A DNA stretch of 64,000 bases. It comes from Escherichia coli 042. GTDB taxonomy: Bacteria; Pseudomonadota; Gammaproteobacteria; Enterobacterales; Enterobacteriaceae. The DNA is taken from assembly GCF_000027125.1 (NCBI RefSeq), contig NC_017626.1. One strand, given 5' to 3'. Position numbers and translations under genes: made by a program. How positions within the stretch are numbered: position 1 is the first letter of the stretch; every line of letters starts with the position of its first letter. Below, piece after piece: positions 34,117 to 45,256 of the stretch. The notes under the pieces were generated by a model, which saw only the letters and a program-made list of their open reading frames with translations, made no database searches and was not told where the DNA came from.

Positions 34117-35349
34117 TCACCGCTCCTCCGCCAGCTCGGCAGCCTGATGTTGGCGCACGCGATTAAGCAATCCGGCCAGGGTGAAAACGACGATAACGCC
34201 TGCCACAACGGCTAACAGATGAAACGGCAAGCGACCGCTGTTAAACCACAGCCAGCGGCCGATTTCGACCGAGACAGACATCACCATCAGGATCACCATA
34301 TTCAGCGATGCGGAGACGGTCCCTTTCGGTAAGTTATTGGAAAACAGCGTAAAGCGGAATAAGGTCGGGAAAATCAAACCAATCCCGAAAGCATACAGAC
34401 TGGTGCCCAGCACCGACCACAGCCAGACGTGCGGTGACAGCAGATTGCCGATAATCAACAGCGCGAGGCCAACCAGTTGAAGGGGTACGGCACGCCAGAT
34501 AAAGCGCGGTTCGGTCGGATCTTTAACGAAACGCGCCACGATGGCATTCGCGACAATCACCGCGCCGAACACCGGAACCTGTGTCCAGGCGAACTGCGAA
34601 GTTGTTAAGCCGCCCGCGTCGATCAGGATCACCGGCGAGACAGCCACCCAACTCATCATGGGGATATAGCTTAAAGAGATGGTTGCTGCGCCAAAGAGGA
34701 ACAGCCGATTGCAAAAGACATTACGAAAATCGCGCAAGACGCTTTTGGCGCTAAATGGAACCGCGCCGCGCTTCACCGTCTCTGGCATCGCCAGCAGTAA
34801 GCCAACAAATGAGATAAAACCCATAACCGCAATGATGGCAAAAAGGACTTTCCAGTGCACAAAGTGCATCAGAGCTGCGCCGGAAAGCGGGCCAATAATC
34901 GGCGCAATCAGTACGATGGAGGTGATAATCGCCATCAACTTGATCCCTTTTGTCTGTCCGAACGCCTCCTGCACCGTGACATAACCAACGGTGGCAATAA
35001 AACAGATACTGGTGCCCTGAATTGCACGCGCGATAAGAAACTGTGTCATAGACGTTGTGAACATTGTCGCAGCGCAGGCAAGGGTAAATATTAGCGCCCC
35101 GGTAATCAGCACCGGCCTGCGGCCAACCCTGTCGGAAAGCGGCCCCAGCAGCCACTGCAATGCCATGCCTCCAGCGAGATAGAGACTGACGGCAGCCGGG
35201 GCCAGACTGACATCGGCATTAAAATCACGGACCACATTAATGATCCCTGGCTGGATCAGGTCCGTCGACAGATACGCAGCAAAGTCATACAAAATCAACG
35301 CCATCGGGAAAAACAGCGTGGCGGCATGGCGGGCAAAAAAACGTGGCAT
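34117..35349 (-). CDS. mdtM: multidrug efflux MFS transporter
   Basis: 410 aa from [26 protein letters not shown]... Confidence 0.92.
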   Translation of the reverse strand: MPRFFARHAATLFFPMALILYDFAAYLSTDLIQPGIINVVRDFNADVSLAPAAVSLYLAGGMALQWLLGPLSDRVGRRPVLITGALIFTLACAATMFTTSMTQFLIARAIQGTSICFIATVGYVTVQEAFGQTKGIKLMAIITSIVLIAPIIGPLSGAALMHFVHWKVLFAIIAVMGFISFVGLLLAMPETVKRGAVPFSAKSVLRDFRNVFCNRLFLFGAATISLSYIPMMSWVAVSPVILIDAGGLTTSQFAWTQVPVFGAVIVANAIVARFVKDPTEPRFIWRAVPLQLVGLALLIIGNLLSPHVWLWSVLGTSLYAFGIGLIFPTLFRFTLFSNNLPKGTVSASLNMVILMVMSVSVEIGRWLWFNSGRLPFHLLAVVAGVIVVFTLAGLLNRVRQHQAAELAEER

Positions 35350-35662
35350 AACAAACAACTCCTTGTCCGGAGAACCCAATGGGGAAAACGAAATTCAATA
35401 CCGTCGGTAATGACGAAAGGCAGGCGAGAAGGACAAATGTACTGAATTTCATGTAATCAACCACACTGCCTGCGAATACACAGACAGAGAAATACCTTCT
35501 GACTCCAGGTCAGAATGTATAACGATTACAAATAGTCATCAGCACATTACACCTCTTTAATTGATGGCTTGCATAGAAAATATACACCTTAAGTGTAATT
35601 AAAATTTGGTAATGCTGCCAACTTACTGATTTAGTGTATGATGGTGATTTTAAGGTGCTTGC

Positions 35663-35938
35663 GTGGCTTCCATTTCCATCAGATGTCCTTCCTGCTCCGC
35701 TACTGAAGGCGTGGTGCGTAACGGCAAAAGCACTGCCGGACATCAGCGCTATCTCTGCTCTCATTGCCGTAAAACATGGCAACTGCAGTTCACTTACACC
35801 GCCTCTCAGCCCGGTACGCACCAGAAAATCATTGATATGGCCATGAATGGCGTCGGATGTCGCGCCAGTGCACGCATTATGGGCGTTGGCCTCAACACGG
35901 TTTTACGTCACTTAAAAAACTCAGGCCGCAGTCGGTAA
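35663..35938 (+). CDS. insA: IS1 InsA
   Basis: 91 aa, near-identical to copy 1 InsA. Confidence 0.9.
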   Translation: MASISIRCPSCSATEGVVRNGKSTAGHQRYLCSHCRKTWQLQFTYTASQPGTHQKIIDMAMNGVGCRASARIMGVGLNTVLRHLKNSGRSR

Positions 35939-36359
35939 CCTCGCGCATACAACCGGGCAGTGATGTGATTATCTGCGCTGAAATGGACGAACATTGGGGC
36001 TACGTCGGTGCTAAATCACGTCAGCGCTGGCTGTTTTACGCGTATGACAGGATACGGAGGACGGTTGTGGCCACGTCTTCGGTGAACGCACTCTGGCCAC
36101 ACTGGAGCGTCTTCTGAGCCTGCTGTCGGCCTTTGAGGTCGTGGTATAGATGACGGATGGCTGGCCGCTGTATGAATCACGCCTGAAGGGAAAGCTGCAC
36201 GTTATCAGCAAGCGTTACACTCAGCGCATTGAGCGACATAATCTGAATCTGAGACAACATCTGGCAAGGCTGGGACGGAAGTCACTGTCGTTCTCAAAAT
36301 CGGTGGAGCTGCATGACAAGGTCATCGGGCATTATCTGAACATAAAACACTATCAGTAA
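35857..36359 (+). pseudogene. insB: IS1 insB, frameshifted
   Basis: frame splits into 35857-36117 and 36150-36359; alignment with copy 1 shows a 1-bp deletion near ...acggttgtggccacgtcttcggtg and an in-frame TAG. Confidence 0.7.
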
Positions 36360-36530
36360 GTTGGAGTCATTACCCGACAGCGAGGTGTTTAGTGTGCCAT
36401 GTCAGGCGAGAAATTCTATTGGATGAATCAAGTCCAACTTACTCATTGTCAATTTCATGGTTGATTATTCGAAACGTGATGCTATTTCCAACATCAACGC
36501 TATAATTGCAGAATAATTGTAGATACATTT

Positions 36531-36845
36531 TTGTATATACAATTAGGGATGGCAATTATGCCAATGGAGTTTGAATGGGATGAAAACAAGGCCAAAAGTA
36601 ATCGGGTGAAACATGGCATCCGCTTTGAAGATGCGGTGTTATTGTTTGATGATCCACAACATTTGTCACAGCAAGAACGCATAGAAAACGGTGAGTATCG
36701 CTGGCAGACAATCGGCCTGGTTTACGGCATCGTGGTTATTCTGGTTGCGCATACCATCCGTTTCGAAAGCGGAAATGAAATTATTCGAATCATCAGTGCA
36801 CGAAAAGCAGATCGTAAAGAGAGGAATCGCTATGAGCATGGTTAA
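36531..36845 (+). CDS. BrnT-like toxin (DUF497 family)
   Basis: ...MEFEWDENKAKSNRVKHGIRFEDAVLLFDDP...IRIISARKA...; start ambiguous (ATG 36531/36549/36558). Confidence 0.65.
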   Translation: MYIQLGMAIMPMEFEWDENKAKSNRVKHGIRFEDAVLLFDDPQHLSQQERIENGEYRWQTIGLVYGIVVILVAHTIRFESGNEIIRIISARKADRKERNRYEHG

Positions 36846-37134
36846 ACATAAACGAGGGACCTCCTCTACACTCGATGTGCAGCATGAGGCCGAACTGAAG
36901 GCGCTGACGAATAAATCCGACGAAGATATTGATTACAGTGATATCCCACCTTCCAGCGATGAGCAATGGTCTAACGCCGAACGCGGTAAGTTTTATCGGC
37001 CATTGAAAACTCAGGCTTCGGTGCGTATTGATGCTGATGTGATGGAATGGTTGAAGCGACCAGGTAAAGGCTATCAAACTCGCCTGAACGCAATTTTACG
37101 TGAAGCGATGCTGCGCGATCAGAACAAAAAATAA
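36832..37134 (+). CDS. BrnA-like antitoxin (ribbon-helix-helix C-terminus)
   Basis: ATG overlaps toxin stop; ...SVRIDADVMEWLKRPGKGYQTRLNAILREAM... Confidence 0.6.
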   Translation: MSMVKHKRGTSSTLDVQHEAELKALTNKSDEDIDYSDIPPSSDEQWSNAERGKFYRPLKTQASVRIDADVMEWLKRPGKGYQTRLNAILREAMLRDQNKK

Positions 37135-37167
37135 TTCAGGCCGCCACATGGCGGCCATCATCCAAAA

Positions 37168-38124
37168 TTACTTCCTCAACCCCGCAAACGCTGCCCGAAT
37201 CTCTTCCTCCGGCAACTGAATCCCGATAAACACCATTGTGCTATGTGGTTTTTCATCGCCCCACGGGCGATCCCAGTCGGCGCTGTAGAGGCGCTGGACG
37301 CCCTGGAACAGCAGGCGGTTAGGTTCGCCGTCAATCCACAGCATCCCTTTGTAACGCAGCAGTTTATCTGCCGATTCCAGAAGCAGGTTTTCCATCACCC
37401 GGGAAACTTCGCTGATATCTACCGGGTAATCCAGTTCCACCACAATCGACGAAATATCGTTTTGTTTATCCGCGATAAAGTGGAAACGCGGTTTGGTGCT
37501 GACGACGTTCTCTTCCAGCATAAAACCGTTGGTGTTGAACAGCAGGCCCAGGTCGATGTCGCCGTGGGTGACGGTGTAGACCGGTGCACGGGCGTTGATG
37601 CGCGCCAGGCGTTCACGCAGTTTTTCTGCTTCGCCTGCGACGTCGGTTTTGGTCAGCAGAATACGGTCGGCGTAGCCAACCTGGGACTGGGCGATGGTGA
37701 ACTGGTTCATCTGCTCGTCGGCATGTACCGCATCCACCAGCGCAATCACACCGTCCAGCAGGTAACGCTGGCATAAAATCTCATGGGAGAAAAAGGTCTG
37801 AATAATCGGGCCGGGATCGGCCATGCCGGTGCATTCAATGACCAGACGGTCAAACTGAATATTGCCCTTGTCGAGATTATCCAGCAGGTCGAGTAGTGCG
37901 TCTTCCAGCTCGTTGGAGCGCGAACAGCAGATGCAGCCGTTGGTCAGCGTTTTGATCTGCGTGGCGCGGTCGCCAATTAGTTGATCATCAACGGAGACTT
38001 CGCCGAATTCGTTTTCAATCACGGCAATCTTGTAGCCGTGTTGTTCGTTAAGAATATGGCGCAGCAGGGTGGTTTTTCCCGCGCCTAAAAAACCGGTGAG
38101 TAGGGTAACTGCAATCGGGTTCAT
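37168..38124 (-). CDS. yjiA: CobW/P47K-family GTPase YjiA
   Basis: MNPIAVTLLTGFLGAGKTTLLRHIL...; 318 aa. Confidence 0.92.
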   Translation of the reverse strand: MNPIAVTLLTGFLGAGKTTLLRHILNEQHGYKIAVIENEFGEVSVDDQLIGDRATQIKTLTNGCICCSRSNELEDALLDLLDNLDKGNIQFDRLVIECTGMADPGPIIQTFFSHEILCQRYLLDGVIALVDAVHADEQMNQFTIAQSQVGYADRILLTKTDVAGEAEKLRERLARINARAPVYTVTHGDIDLGLLFNTNGFMLEENVVSTKPRFHFIADKQNDISSIVVELDYPVDISEVSRVMENLLLESADKLLRYKGMLWIDGEPNRLLFQGVQRLYSADWDRPWGDEKPHSTMVFIGIQLPEEEIRAAFAGLRK

Positions 38125-38134
38125 GCTCTCTCCA

Positions 38135-38338
38135 TTAACAACAGCGCATACCGCCTTTACCATCGCCGCCGTAGCGCGCGTTCTGGCGTTCGCGGAAGAA
38201 TTCTTCATAGCTCATGTACGGCTTGTCGGGATGGTTGGTCTTCATATGCTCGACGTAGTTGTCGTAGTCTGGAATGCCAATCAACATCTTTGCCGCCTGG
38301 CCGAGATATTTTTTTGCCTGTCCTAAGTTACCAAACAT
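38135..38338 (-). CDS. yjiX: DUF466 small protein YjiX
   Basis: 67 aa, [33 protein letters not shown]... Confidence 0.9.
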
Positions 38339-38387
38339 AGTTCACTCTGATAAGAACAAAGCCCCGCCGAAGCGGGGCTAAACACGG

Positions 38388-40538
38388 TTAGTGGTGCGAA
38401 GAGATCTTCACGCCGCCTTCCGGGATTGGAACGTACGGTGTTTCTTTGTCAGTACGTTTGTCGCTGTTACGCACCGCAAGCCAGGTTTTGAAACCGTAGA
38501 AGATGATGCTGTACACCACAATCAGGAACAGAATACTCAGGCCCGCGTTGGTGTAGTTGTTCACAACGATGTGGTTCATGTTGGCAATCTGCTGCGCCGT
38601 CAGGTCAGTACCGTTAGCAATCTTCTCTTTGTACTGGCTTGCCATGTAGAAGAAGCCTTCCATCTGCGGGTTGGTGCTGAACAGTTTCAGACCCAGCGCC
38701 CAGGTGGTGCAGATAAGCAGCCATACAGCCGGAACAACAGTTACCCAGATGTATTGGGTGCGCTTCATCTTAATCAGCACAACGGTGCCCAGTACCAGCG
38801 CTACGGCTGCCAGCATCTGGTTGGAGATACCGAACAGCGGCCACAGGCTCTTAACGCCGCCCAGCGGATCGACCACGCCCTGATACAGCAGGTAGCCCCA
38901 CAGACCCACACAGCCCGCAGTACCGATGATACCGGCAACCAGAGAGTCGGTTTTTTTCAGGAACGGGATGAAGTTACCCAGCAGGTCTTGCAGCATAAAG
39001 CGGCCAGAACGGGTACCCGCATCCAGCGCGGTCAGGATGAACAGGGCTTCGAACAGAATACCGAAGTGATACCAGAAGCCCATGTCAGCCATCGGCAGCA
39101 CTTTGTGGAACACATGAGCGATACCTACCGCCAGCGTCGGCGCACCACCTGCACGGTTCAGGACAGAAGGCTCACCAATGTCTTTCGCGGTTTGCAGGAT
39201 CTGCTCTGGCGAAATCACGAAGCCCCAGGAGCTGACGGTCGCCGCCGCGTGTGCGGTAACGTCTTTCAGCTGCGCCATGATGAGCGGCGCGTTCTCGCCA
39301 CCCATTTCATGCAGGTTAGGCATGGTGATGCCAAGGCCCGCAGGCGGGGTATTCATCGCGAAGTAAAGACCCGGTTCGATGATGGACGCAGCAACCAGCG
39401 CCATAATCGCCACGAAGGACTCCATCAGCATTGCGCCGTAGCCAATGAAACGCGCGTCGGTTTCGTTAGCCAGCAGTTTCGGCGTCGTACCGGAAGAGAT
39501 CAGCGCGTGGAAGCCAGATACCGCACCACAGGCGATGGTGATGAACAGGAACGGGAACAGAGCGCCTTTCCACAGCGGGCCAGTACCGTCAATGTACTGG
39601 GTCATCGCAGGCATTTTCAGTTCCGGGTTCAGCACCACGATACCCAGCGCCAGGCCGACGATAACGCCGATTTTCAGGAAGGTTGCCAGATAGTCGCGCG
39701 GTGCGAGGATCAGCCACACCGGCAGCAGTGCGGAAACAAACGCATAGCCAATCAGCGCGAAGGTAATGGTGGTGTCTTTAAAGGTCAGTGCCGGACCCCA
39801 GTACGGATCGTGAGCAATCACGCCACCGAAGTAGATAGAGGCAACCAGCAGCACGATACCAATGACAGAGACTTCACCCACACGCCCCGGACGGATAAAG
39901 CGCATGTAGATACCCATAAACAGCGCAATCGGTACGGTTGAGCAAACGGTGAAGACACCCCACGGACTTTCGGCCAGGGCTTTAACCACAATCAGCGCCA
40001 GGACGGCGAGGATGATGATCATGATTAAGAAACAGCCAAACAGCGCGATAGTCCCCGGTACTGGTCCCATCTCTTCTTTGATCATCTCACCAAGAGATGC
40101 GCCATTACGGCGAGAGGAGATAAACAGCACCATAAAGTCCTGAACCGCACCGGCCAGCACGACCCCCGCCAGCAGCCACAGCGTGCCAGGCAGGTAGCCC
40201 ATCTGCGCGGCGAGAACCGGACCCACCAGCGGACCAGCACCGGCGATAGCGGCGAAGTGGTGACCAAACAACACGTAACGGTTGGTCGGAACGTAGTTCA
40301 GACCGTCGTTGTTAATAACCGCAGGCGTCGCGCGCGTGGGGTCGAGTTTCATCACCTTCTGGGCGATGTACAGACTGTAGTAGCGATACGCCACCAGATA
40401 CACCGATACAGAGGCGACCACGATCCACAGGGCGCTGACGTGCTCCCCCCGACGTAATGCAACTACCGCGAGGCAGAATGCACCGATGATTCCGAGAATC
40501 ACCCAGGGTATGTGCTTGAATATCTTTTTAGTATCCAT
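38388..40538 (-). CDS. btsT: CstA-family pyruvate/H+ symporter BtsT (YjiY)
   Basis: 716 aa from MDTKKIFKHIPWVILGIIGAF... Confidence 0.93.
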   Translation of the reverse strand: MDTKKIFKHIPWVILGIIGAFCLAVVALRRGEHVSALWIVVASVSVYLVAYRYYSLYIAQKVMKLDPTRATPAVINNDGLNYVPTNRYVLFGHHFAAIAGAGPLVGPVLAAQMGYLPGTLWLLAGVVLAGAVQDFMVLFISSRRNGASLGEMIKEEMGPVPGTIALFGCFLIMIIILAVLALIVVKALAESPWGVFTVCSTVPIALFMGIYMRFIRPGRVGEVSVIGIVLLVASIYFGGVIAHDPYWGPALTFKDTTITFALIGYAFVSALLPVWLILAPRDYLATFLKIGVIVGLALGIVVLNPELKMPAMTQYIDGTGPLWKGALFPFLFITIACGAVSGFHALISSGTTPKLLANETDARFIGYGAMLMESFVAIMALVAASIIEPGLYFAMNTPPAGLGITMPNLHEMGGENAPLIMAQLKDVTAHAAATVSSWGFVISPEQILQTAKDIGEPSVLNRAGGAPTLAVGIAHVFHKVLPMADMGFWYHFGILFEALFILTALDAGTRSGRFMLQDLLGNFIPFLKKTDSLVAGIIGTAGCVGLWGYLLYQGVVDPLGGVKSLWPLFGISNQMLAAVALVLGTVVLIKMKRTQYIWVTVVPAVWLLICTTWALGLKLFSTNPQMEGFFYMASQYKEKIANGTDLTAQQIANMNHIVVNNYTNAGLSILFLIVVYSIIFYGFKTWLAVRNSDKRTDKETPYVPIPEGGVKISSHH

Positions 40539-40914
40539 AGTAAAACCTGGCATGTATTGATTAATAGTTGGCCGAAGCCGTTCTAGGTTTGCGTTGCGTT
40601 TGAGGAGGTAAATTGACCGCTATCCTGTAGTGATGTTGCCAGAGTTACGCGCGCGTAAAGTAAGGTAAATAACTGAGTGGTTATTTTAGGGATGTAAGCG
40701 GTCAGTTTTGCGGTTGAGCGGCAAAGGCGTCGTTTAAGTGACGATAAATATGTGATTCATATCACATATTTATATTGTGAATAATTTATGTAAATAATGG
40801 CTTTTTAAATTCAGAGTGTGAATAAAATTACTCGGCGTAATCTCCGCGGGATATTCATAAAGTTTTTCCTTTCCAGGCCGAAAATCTTGCATCGGTCCAC
40901 AGGAAAGAGAAACT

Positions 40915-42579
40915 ATGTTAAAACGTATCAAAATTGTGACCAGCTTACTGCTGGTTTTGGCCGTTTTTGGCCTTTTACAACTGACATCAGGCGGTCTGTT
41001 CTTTAATGCCTTAAAGAATGACAAAGAAAATTTCACTGTTTTACAAACCATTCGCCAGCAGCAATCCACGCTGAATGGCAGCTGGGTCGCGTTGTTGCAG
41101 ACGCGTAACACCCTCAACCGCGCGGGTATCCGCTACATGATGGATCAGAATAATATTGGTAGCGGTTCAACCGTTGCTGAGCTGATGCAGAGTGCCAGTA
41201 TTTCGCTGAAACAGGCGGAAAAAAACTGGGCGGATTACGAAGCGTTGCCGCGTGACCCGCGTCAGAGCACCGCCGCAGCGGCAGAGATCAAACGTAATTA
41301 CGATATTTATCACAATGCGCTGGCGGAGCTGATCCAACTATTAGGTGCAGGTAAAATCAACGAGTTCTTTGATCAGCCGACCCAGGGATATCAGGACGGT
41401 TTCGAGAAGCAGTATGTAGCTTACATGGAGCAAGACGATCGGCTCTATGATATCGCCGTCAGCGATAACAATGCCTCCTACAGCCAGGCGATGTGGATTC
41501 TGGTGGGCGTGATGATCGTCGTACTGGCGGTCATCTTCGCCGTCTGGTTCGGTATTAAAGCCTCGCTGGTAGCGCCAATGAATCGCCTGATTGACAGCAT
41601 TCGTCATATTGCAGGCGGCGATCTGGTGAAACCGATTGAGGTGGATGGCTCTAATGAGATGGGGCAACTGGCAGAGAGTTTGCGCCATATGCAGGGAGAG
41701 CTGATGCGTACCGTCGGTGATGTGCGCAACGGGGCCAATGCCATCTATAGCGGTGCCAGCGAAATCGCCACCGGCAATAACGATCTCTCTTCGCGCACCG
41801 AGCAACAGGCCGCTTCGCTGGAAGAGACGGCAGCCAGCATGGAGCAACTGACCGCAACGGTGAAACAGAACGCCGAGAATGCGCGTCAGGCCAGCCATCT
41901 GGCGTTAAGTGCTTCTGAAACGGCGCAACGCGGCGGCAAAGTGGTGGATAACGTAGTACAGACCATGCGCGATATCTCCACCAGTTCGCAGAAAATCGCC
42001 GATATTATCAGCGTAATTGACGGCATTGCCTTCCAGACCAATATTCTGGCTTTGAACGCGGCGGTTGAAGCAGCGCGCGCGGGTGAGCAAGGGCGCGGTT
42101 TTGCGGTGGTCGCGGGTGAAGTGCGTAATCTGGCTCAGCGCAGCGCTCAGGCGGCTCGTGAAATTAAAAGCCTGATTGAAGACTCGGTGGGGAAAGTAGA
42201 TGTTGGCTCTACGCTGGTCGAAAGCGCAGGGGAAACAATGGCGGAGATTGTCAGTGCCGTGACCCGCGTGACGGACATTATGGGCGAAATTGCTTCTGCT
42301 TCTGATGAGCAGAGCCGTGGTATCGATCAGGTTGGCTTAGCGGTTGCTGAGATGGACCGGGTAACTCAACAGAACGCTGCGCTGGTGGAAGAATCTGCCG
42401 CTGCCGCCGCCGCGCTGGAAGAGCAGGCCAGTCGCCTGACCGAAGCTGTGGCAGTGTTCCGGATTCAGCAACAGCAGCAACAGCAGCGTGAAACATCGGC
42501 TGTGGTAAAAAACGTGACGCCAGCTACGCCGCGTAAAATGGCAGTGGCAGATAGCGGGGAGAACTGGGAAACGTTTTAA
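40915..42579 (+). CDS. tsr: methyl-accepting chemotaxis protein I (serine chemoreceptor)
   Basis: [23 protein letters not shown]... C-terminal NWETF pentapeptide; 554 aa with 7-Q run. Confidence 0.95.
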   Translation: MLKRIKIVTSLLLVLAVFGLLQLTSGGLFFNALKNDKENFTVLQTIRQQQSTLNGSWVALLQTRNTLNRAGIRYMMDQNNIGSGSTVAELMQSASISLKQAEKNWADYEALPRDPRQSTAAAAEIKRNYDIYHNALAELIQLLGAGKINEFFDQPTQGYQDGFEKQYVAYMEQDDRLYDIAVSDNNASYSQAMWILVGVMIVVLAVIFAVWFGIKASLVAPMNRLIDSIRHIAGGDLVKPIEVDGSNEMGQLAESLRHMQGELMRTVGDVRNGANAIYSGASEIATGNNDLSSRTEQQAASLEETAASMEQLTATVKQNAENARQASHLALSASETAQRGGKVVDNVVQTMRDISTSSQKIADIISVIDGIAFQTNILALNAAVEAARAGEQGRGFAVVAGEVRNLAQRSAQAAREIKSLIEDSVGKVDVGSTLVESAGETMAEIVSAVTRVTDIMGEIASASDEQSRGIDQVGLAVAEMDRVTQQNAALVEESAAAAAALEEQASRLTEAVAVFRIQQQQQQQRETSAVVKNVTPATPRKMAVADSGENWETF

Positions 42580-42592
42580 TCGCCATAAAAAT

Positions 42593-42618
42593 GCCCGATA
42601 AGCAAAATGTTATCGGGC
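42593..42618. terminator. bidirectional hairpin between convergent tsr and lgoT
   Basis: gcccgataa gcaaaatg ttatcgggc; A/T-rich flank on the lgoT side. Confidence 0.55.
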
Positions 42619-42627
42619 ATAGGGAGT

Positions 42628-43989
42628 TTAATCTTTACGCGGGTCGTTGATCGGCTGACGAACCAGGAAGATGTACGCCAGTGCTCCCGCTGCGGTGACG
42701 CAACCGCAGATGATTAGTGCCAGACGGAATGAGTGGGTGGTATCAACAATAAAACCAGTAATGATCGGCGCAAAAGAGGCGCAGATGAAGCTGGCAAAGT
42801 TCTGGATACTGCCCACCGACGCCGTCATGCGAGAAGCAACTGCGACGTGGATCAAGCCCCAGCAGGATGTTCCGGCAAAGTGAATACAGAACAGTGCCAT
42901 GCCAATCAGCAGAACCGCCGTCATGGATGTTGTCGCTTGCGGTACGACCAGCGTAAAGGCGGCAGAACAGAACATCCCGGCAATAATGCAGATCTTACGG
43001 CTTTTAATCGGAGCCATTCCCCCTTTGACCAGCCAGTCAGTAACGTAACCGTTGACCAGCATCCCGGCAGCCCCAAACAGGAAAGGGATAGCCGCCATCA
43101 ACCCTGTGCTTTTTAAATCCAGGTTATAGGCTGTTTGCAGGTAACCAGGAAGCCAGGCCAGATACAGCCACGCAGTGTAGTTGATGCCACTGAATCCGAG
43201 CATCATTCCCCACATTGTGCGGTTACGGAACAGGCTGCGCCATTCGGCAAAACTGAGCGGATCTCGGCGGGCATTGACGCTACCTGCATTGAGATAAGCT
43301 TGTTCAACGGCAGTCAGTTCTACGTGCTCGCGGTTGCGATAGAGCATATACCAGCCAATGGCGAGAAAAATCCCCAGCACACCAATGGTAATAAACATCC
43401 CACGCCAGCCCATCACCAGCATCATCGCCGCCAGAATCGGTGGGCTTACGGCAACGCCAATGGTAGAAGCTGCGTTGAAGAAGCCCATCGGGCGTCCGCG
43501 CTCTTTGATGTTGAACCAGTCGTTAATGACTTTTACGCCACATGGGTTCATCGGCGCTTCACCAATCCCCATACCGATACGCACCAACACGAACTGCGTA
43601 AAGCTGTGCACCATGCCAGACATGGCCTGGAACAGTGACCAGAAGAACATCCCCAGTCCCAGCATCAGGCGTGGGCCTTTACGATCCAATAGTGGGCCGC
43701 AAGGAAGTTGCGCAATCCCGTAAGCGAGTGAAAACACGGAGAGCAAAGCGCCGATTTCGGTGGCACTTAATCCCAATTCTTCACGAATCGTTAAATTTGC
43801 TACCGACAGCGAACTGCGGTCGAGATAATTGATTACCGCCGCAAAAAATAATAACAACATGGCGGTGGTTTGAATGCGTTTAATTCGGGTACTGCGTTGA
43901 ACTAATCCATCTGGTGGCACGGGAATATCTGCCGACGAAGATGGAGTAAATGAAGAACGCGGATCGAGGGTGATATTTTCTTTTTCCAC
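42628..43989 (-). CDS. lgoT: MFS L-galactonate transporter (YjjL)
   Basis: 453-aa MFS protein; K-12 order. Confidence 0.88.
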   Translation of the reverse strand: MEKENITLDPRSSFTPSSSADIPVPPDGLVQRSTRIKRIQTTAMLLLFFAAVINYLDRSSLSVANLTIREELGLSATEIGALLSVFSLAYGIAQLPCGPLLDRKGPRLMLGLGMFFWSLFQAMSGMVHSFTQFVLVRIGMGIGEAPMNPCGVKVINDWFNIKERGRPMGFFNAASTIGVAVSPPILAAMMLVMGWRGMFITIGVLGIFLAIGWYMLYRNREHVELTAVEQAYLNAGSVNARRDPLSFAEWRSLFRNRTMWGMMLGFSGINYTAWLYLAWLPGYLQTAYNLDLKSTGLMAAIPFLFGAAGMLVNGYVTDWLVKGGMAPIKSRKICIIAGMFCSAAFTLVVPQATTSMTAVLLIGMALFCIHFAGTSCWGLIHVAVASRMTASVGSIQNFASFICASFAPIITGFIVDTTHSFRLALIICGCVTAAGALAYIFLVRQPINDPRKD

Positions 43990-44203
43990 GCCGGACTCCT
44001 GTATTTATAATTTTAATTGTTTACGTAATTGTGCATTACGCAAGGTTGACATTAACGGCAGGTTAAAGTTTTAGGACTTTACTACCGCTCACAAAAACAT
44101 TTTTAGTCGACTGATTGTGAGCATAGGTAAGCGGGAATTTCCCGGTATTTATCTTTTGATAAAACCGTGCACCCGCTAATAGTTTGCTGTTTTTAATCCG
44201 TAC

Positions 44204-45118
44204 TTAATGAGCATAACGCGTGTTCTCATTAATGGATCGAATCATTGATTGTTTAGCTGAATTCAAATGGTTACGGAGCGCAAGGGTGGCATCAAGGTCA
44301 CTGCGGCAAATCAGAGCGCTGAGAATGGTCATATGCTCATCGACGGCAATGATATTGCGCTGTTTAAGATCGCTTTCGTCCCATTGATAGTGAAAATGAA
44401 AGATGACTGAGATGATCTCAAGAGATTGATCAAAAAAGATATTGTCGGCAGCTGAAAGCAGTAAGGAGTGAAAATCTCTGTCAAGTTGCGAGAACATGCG
44501 AAAGCTATTGCCGATGTTGTCACGCAGTAGCCGATGACGTTCGAGCATGGTTTTCGCCTGCAGCCAGCGGGGATCATGATCAGGCAGGTTGAGAAAGTGC
44601 TGAAGTGAATGTGTTTCGAGCATTTCGCGTAGTTCAAACAGCTGCTCGGCGTAGGATTGATCGAATTGCTTCATGCTCCACTGGCCGCGCTTTTCGCTTT
44701 GAATAAGATTATAACGGCCGAATTTTAAAAGATATTCTCTTACTACAACCGGGCTGACACCCGCGGCCCGAGCCAGTTGCAGTTCAGAAAAAGTTTCCCC
44801 AGGGCGTAACTGGCGCTGGTTTATCATCGTGAAAAAAGCCTGCTCAAACACTTTGTTTTGTTCACTCATTGAAGCGGTAGTACAGGCGAAACCGTCATCA
44901 TGGTCAGGTTTACGCGCAATCACATAGTCGTTTCCAACCTGCGTTAAGACGCCGCATTCGCGTAAGTGGCTGAGAATATGACGCACTGTAGTGCGGCTGA
45001 TGTTGTACATTTCCGCCAGCGCACTTTGCGATGGAAGTGGGGAAGGGATATGACCCCGCGCCATATCATCAATGACCTGGTTAATCACATTGTGGCGTAA
45101 ATTTTGTGAACGACTCAT
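44204..45118 (-). CDS. lgoR: GntR-family regulator (YjjM)
   Basis: 304 aa; N-terminal HTH. Confidence 0.88.
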   Translation of the reverse strand: MSRSQNLRHNVINQVIDDMARGHIPSPLPSQSALAEMYNISRTTVRHILSHLRECGVLTQVGNDYVIARKPDHDDGFACTTASMSEQNKVFEQAFFTMINQRQLRPGETFSELQLARAAGVSPVVVREYLLKFGRYNLIQSEKRGQWSMKQFDQSYAEQLFELREMLETHSLQHFLNLPDHDPRWLQAKTMLERHRLLRDNIGNSFRMFSQLDRDFHSLLLSAADNIFFDQSLEIISVIFHFHYQWDESDLKQRNIIAVDEHMTILSALICRSDLDATLALRNHLNSAKQSMIRSINENTRYAH

Positions 45119-45256
45119 ATTTTCCTCCTTGTGAGTCCATTAAAACCCGATTTAAAACATTTTTATGCGTGTGTTTTCACAAAACAGATTTTCCGTTCCG
45201 CTGCCATTTTTCATTTTCATTGATATCTAAGGCAACAAAAAATGGAGAGCCGAATC

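Larger units (their letters stand above)
35608..36375 (+). mobile_element. IS1-family insertion sequence, copy 2 (divergent isoform, inverted relative to copy 1)
   Basis: ends ggtaatgctgccaacttactgat ... atcagtaagttggagtcattacc; insA intact; no target-site duplication. Confidence 0.92.

Noticed and set aside
38391-39941. 516-aa ORF on the + strand
   Set aside because: Lies entirely antisense to btsT, whose translation is a clear CstA-family transporter; the product is Arg/His/Gln-rich low-complexity sequence typical of an antisense frame in a GC-biased gene
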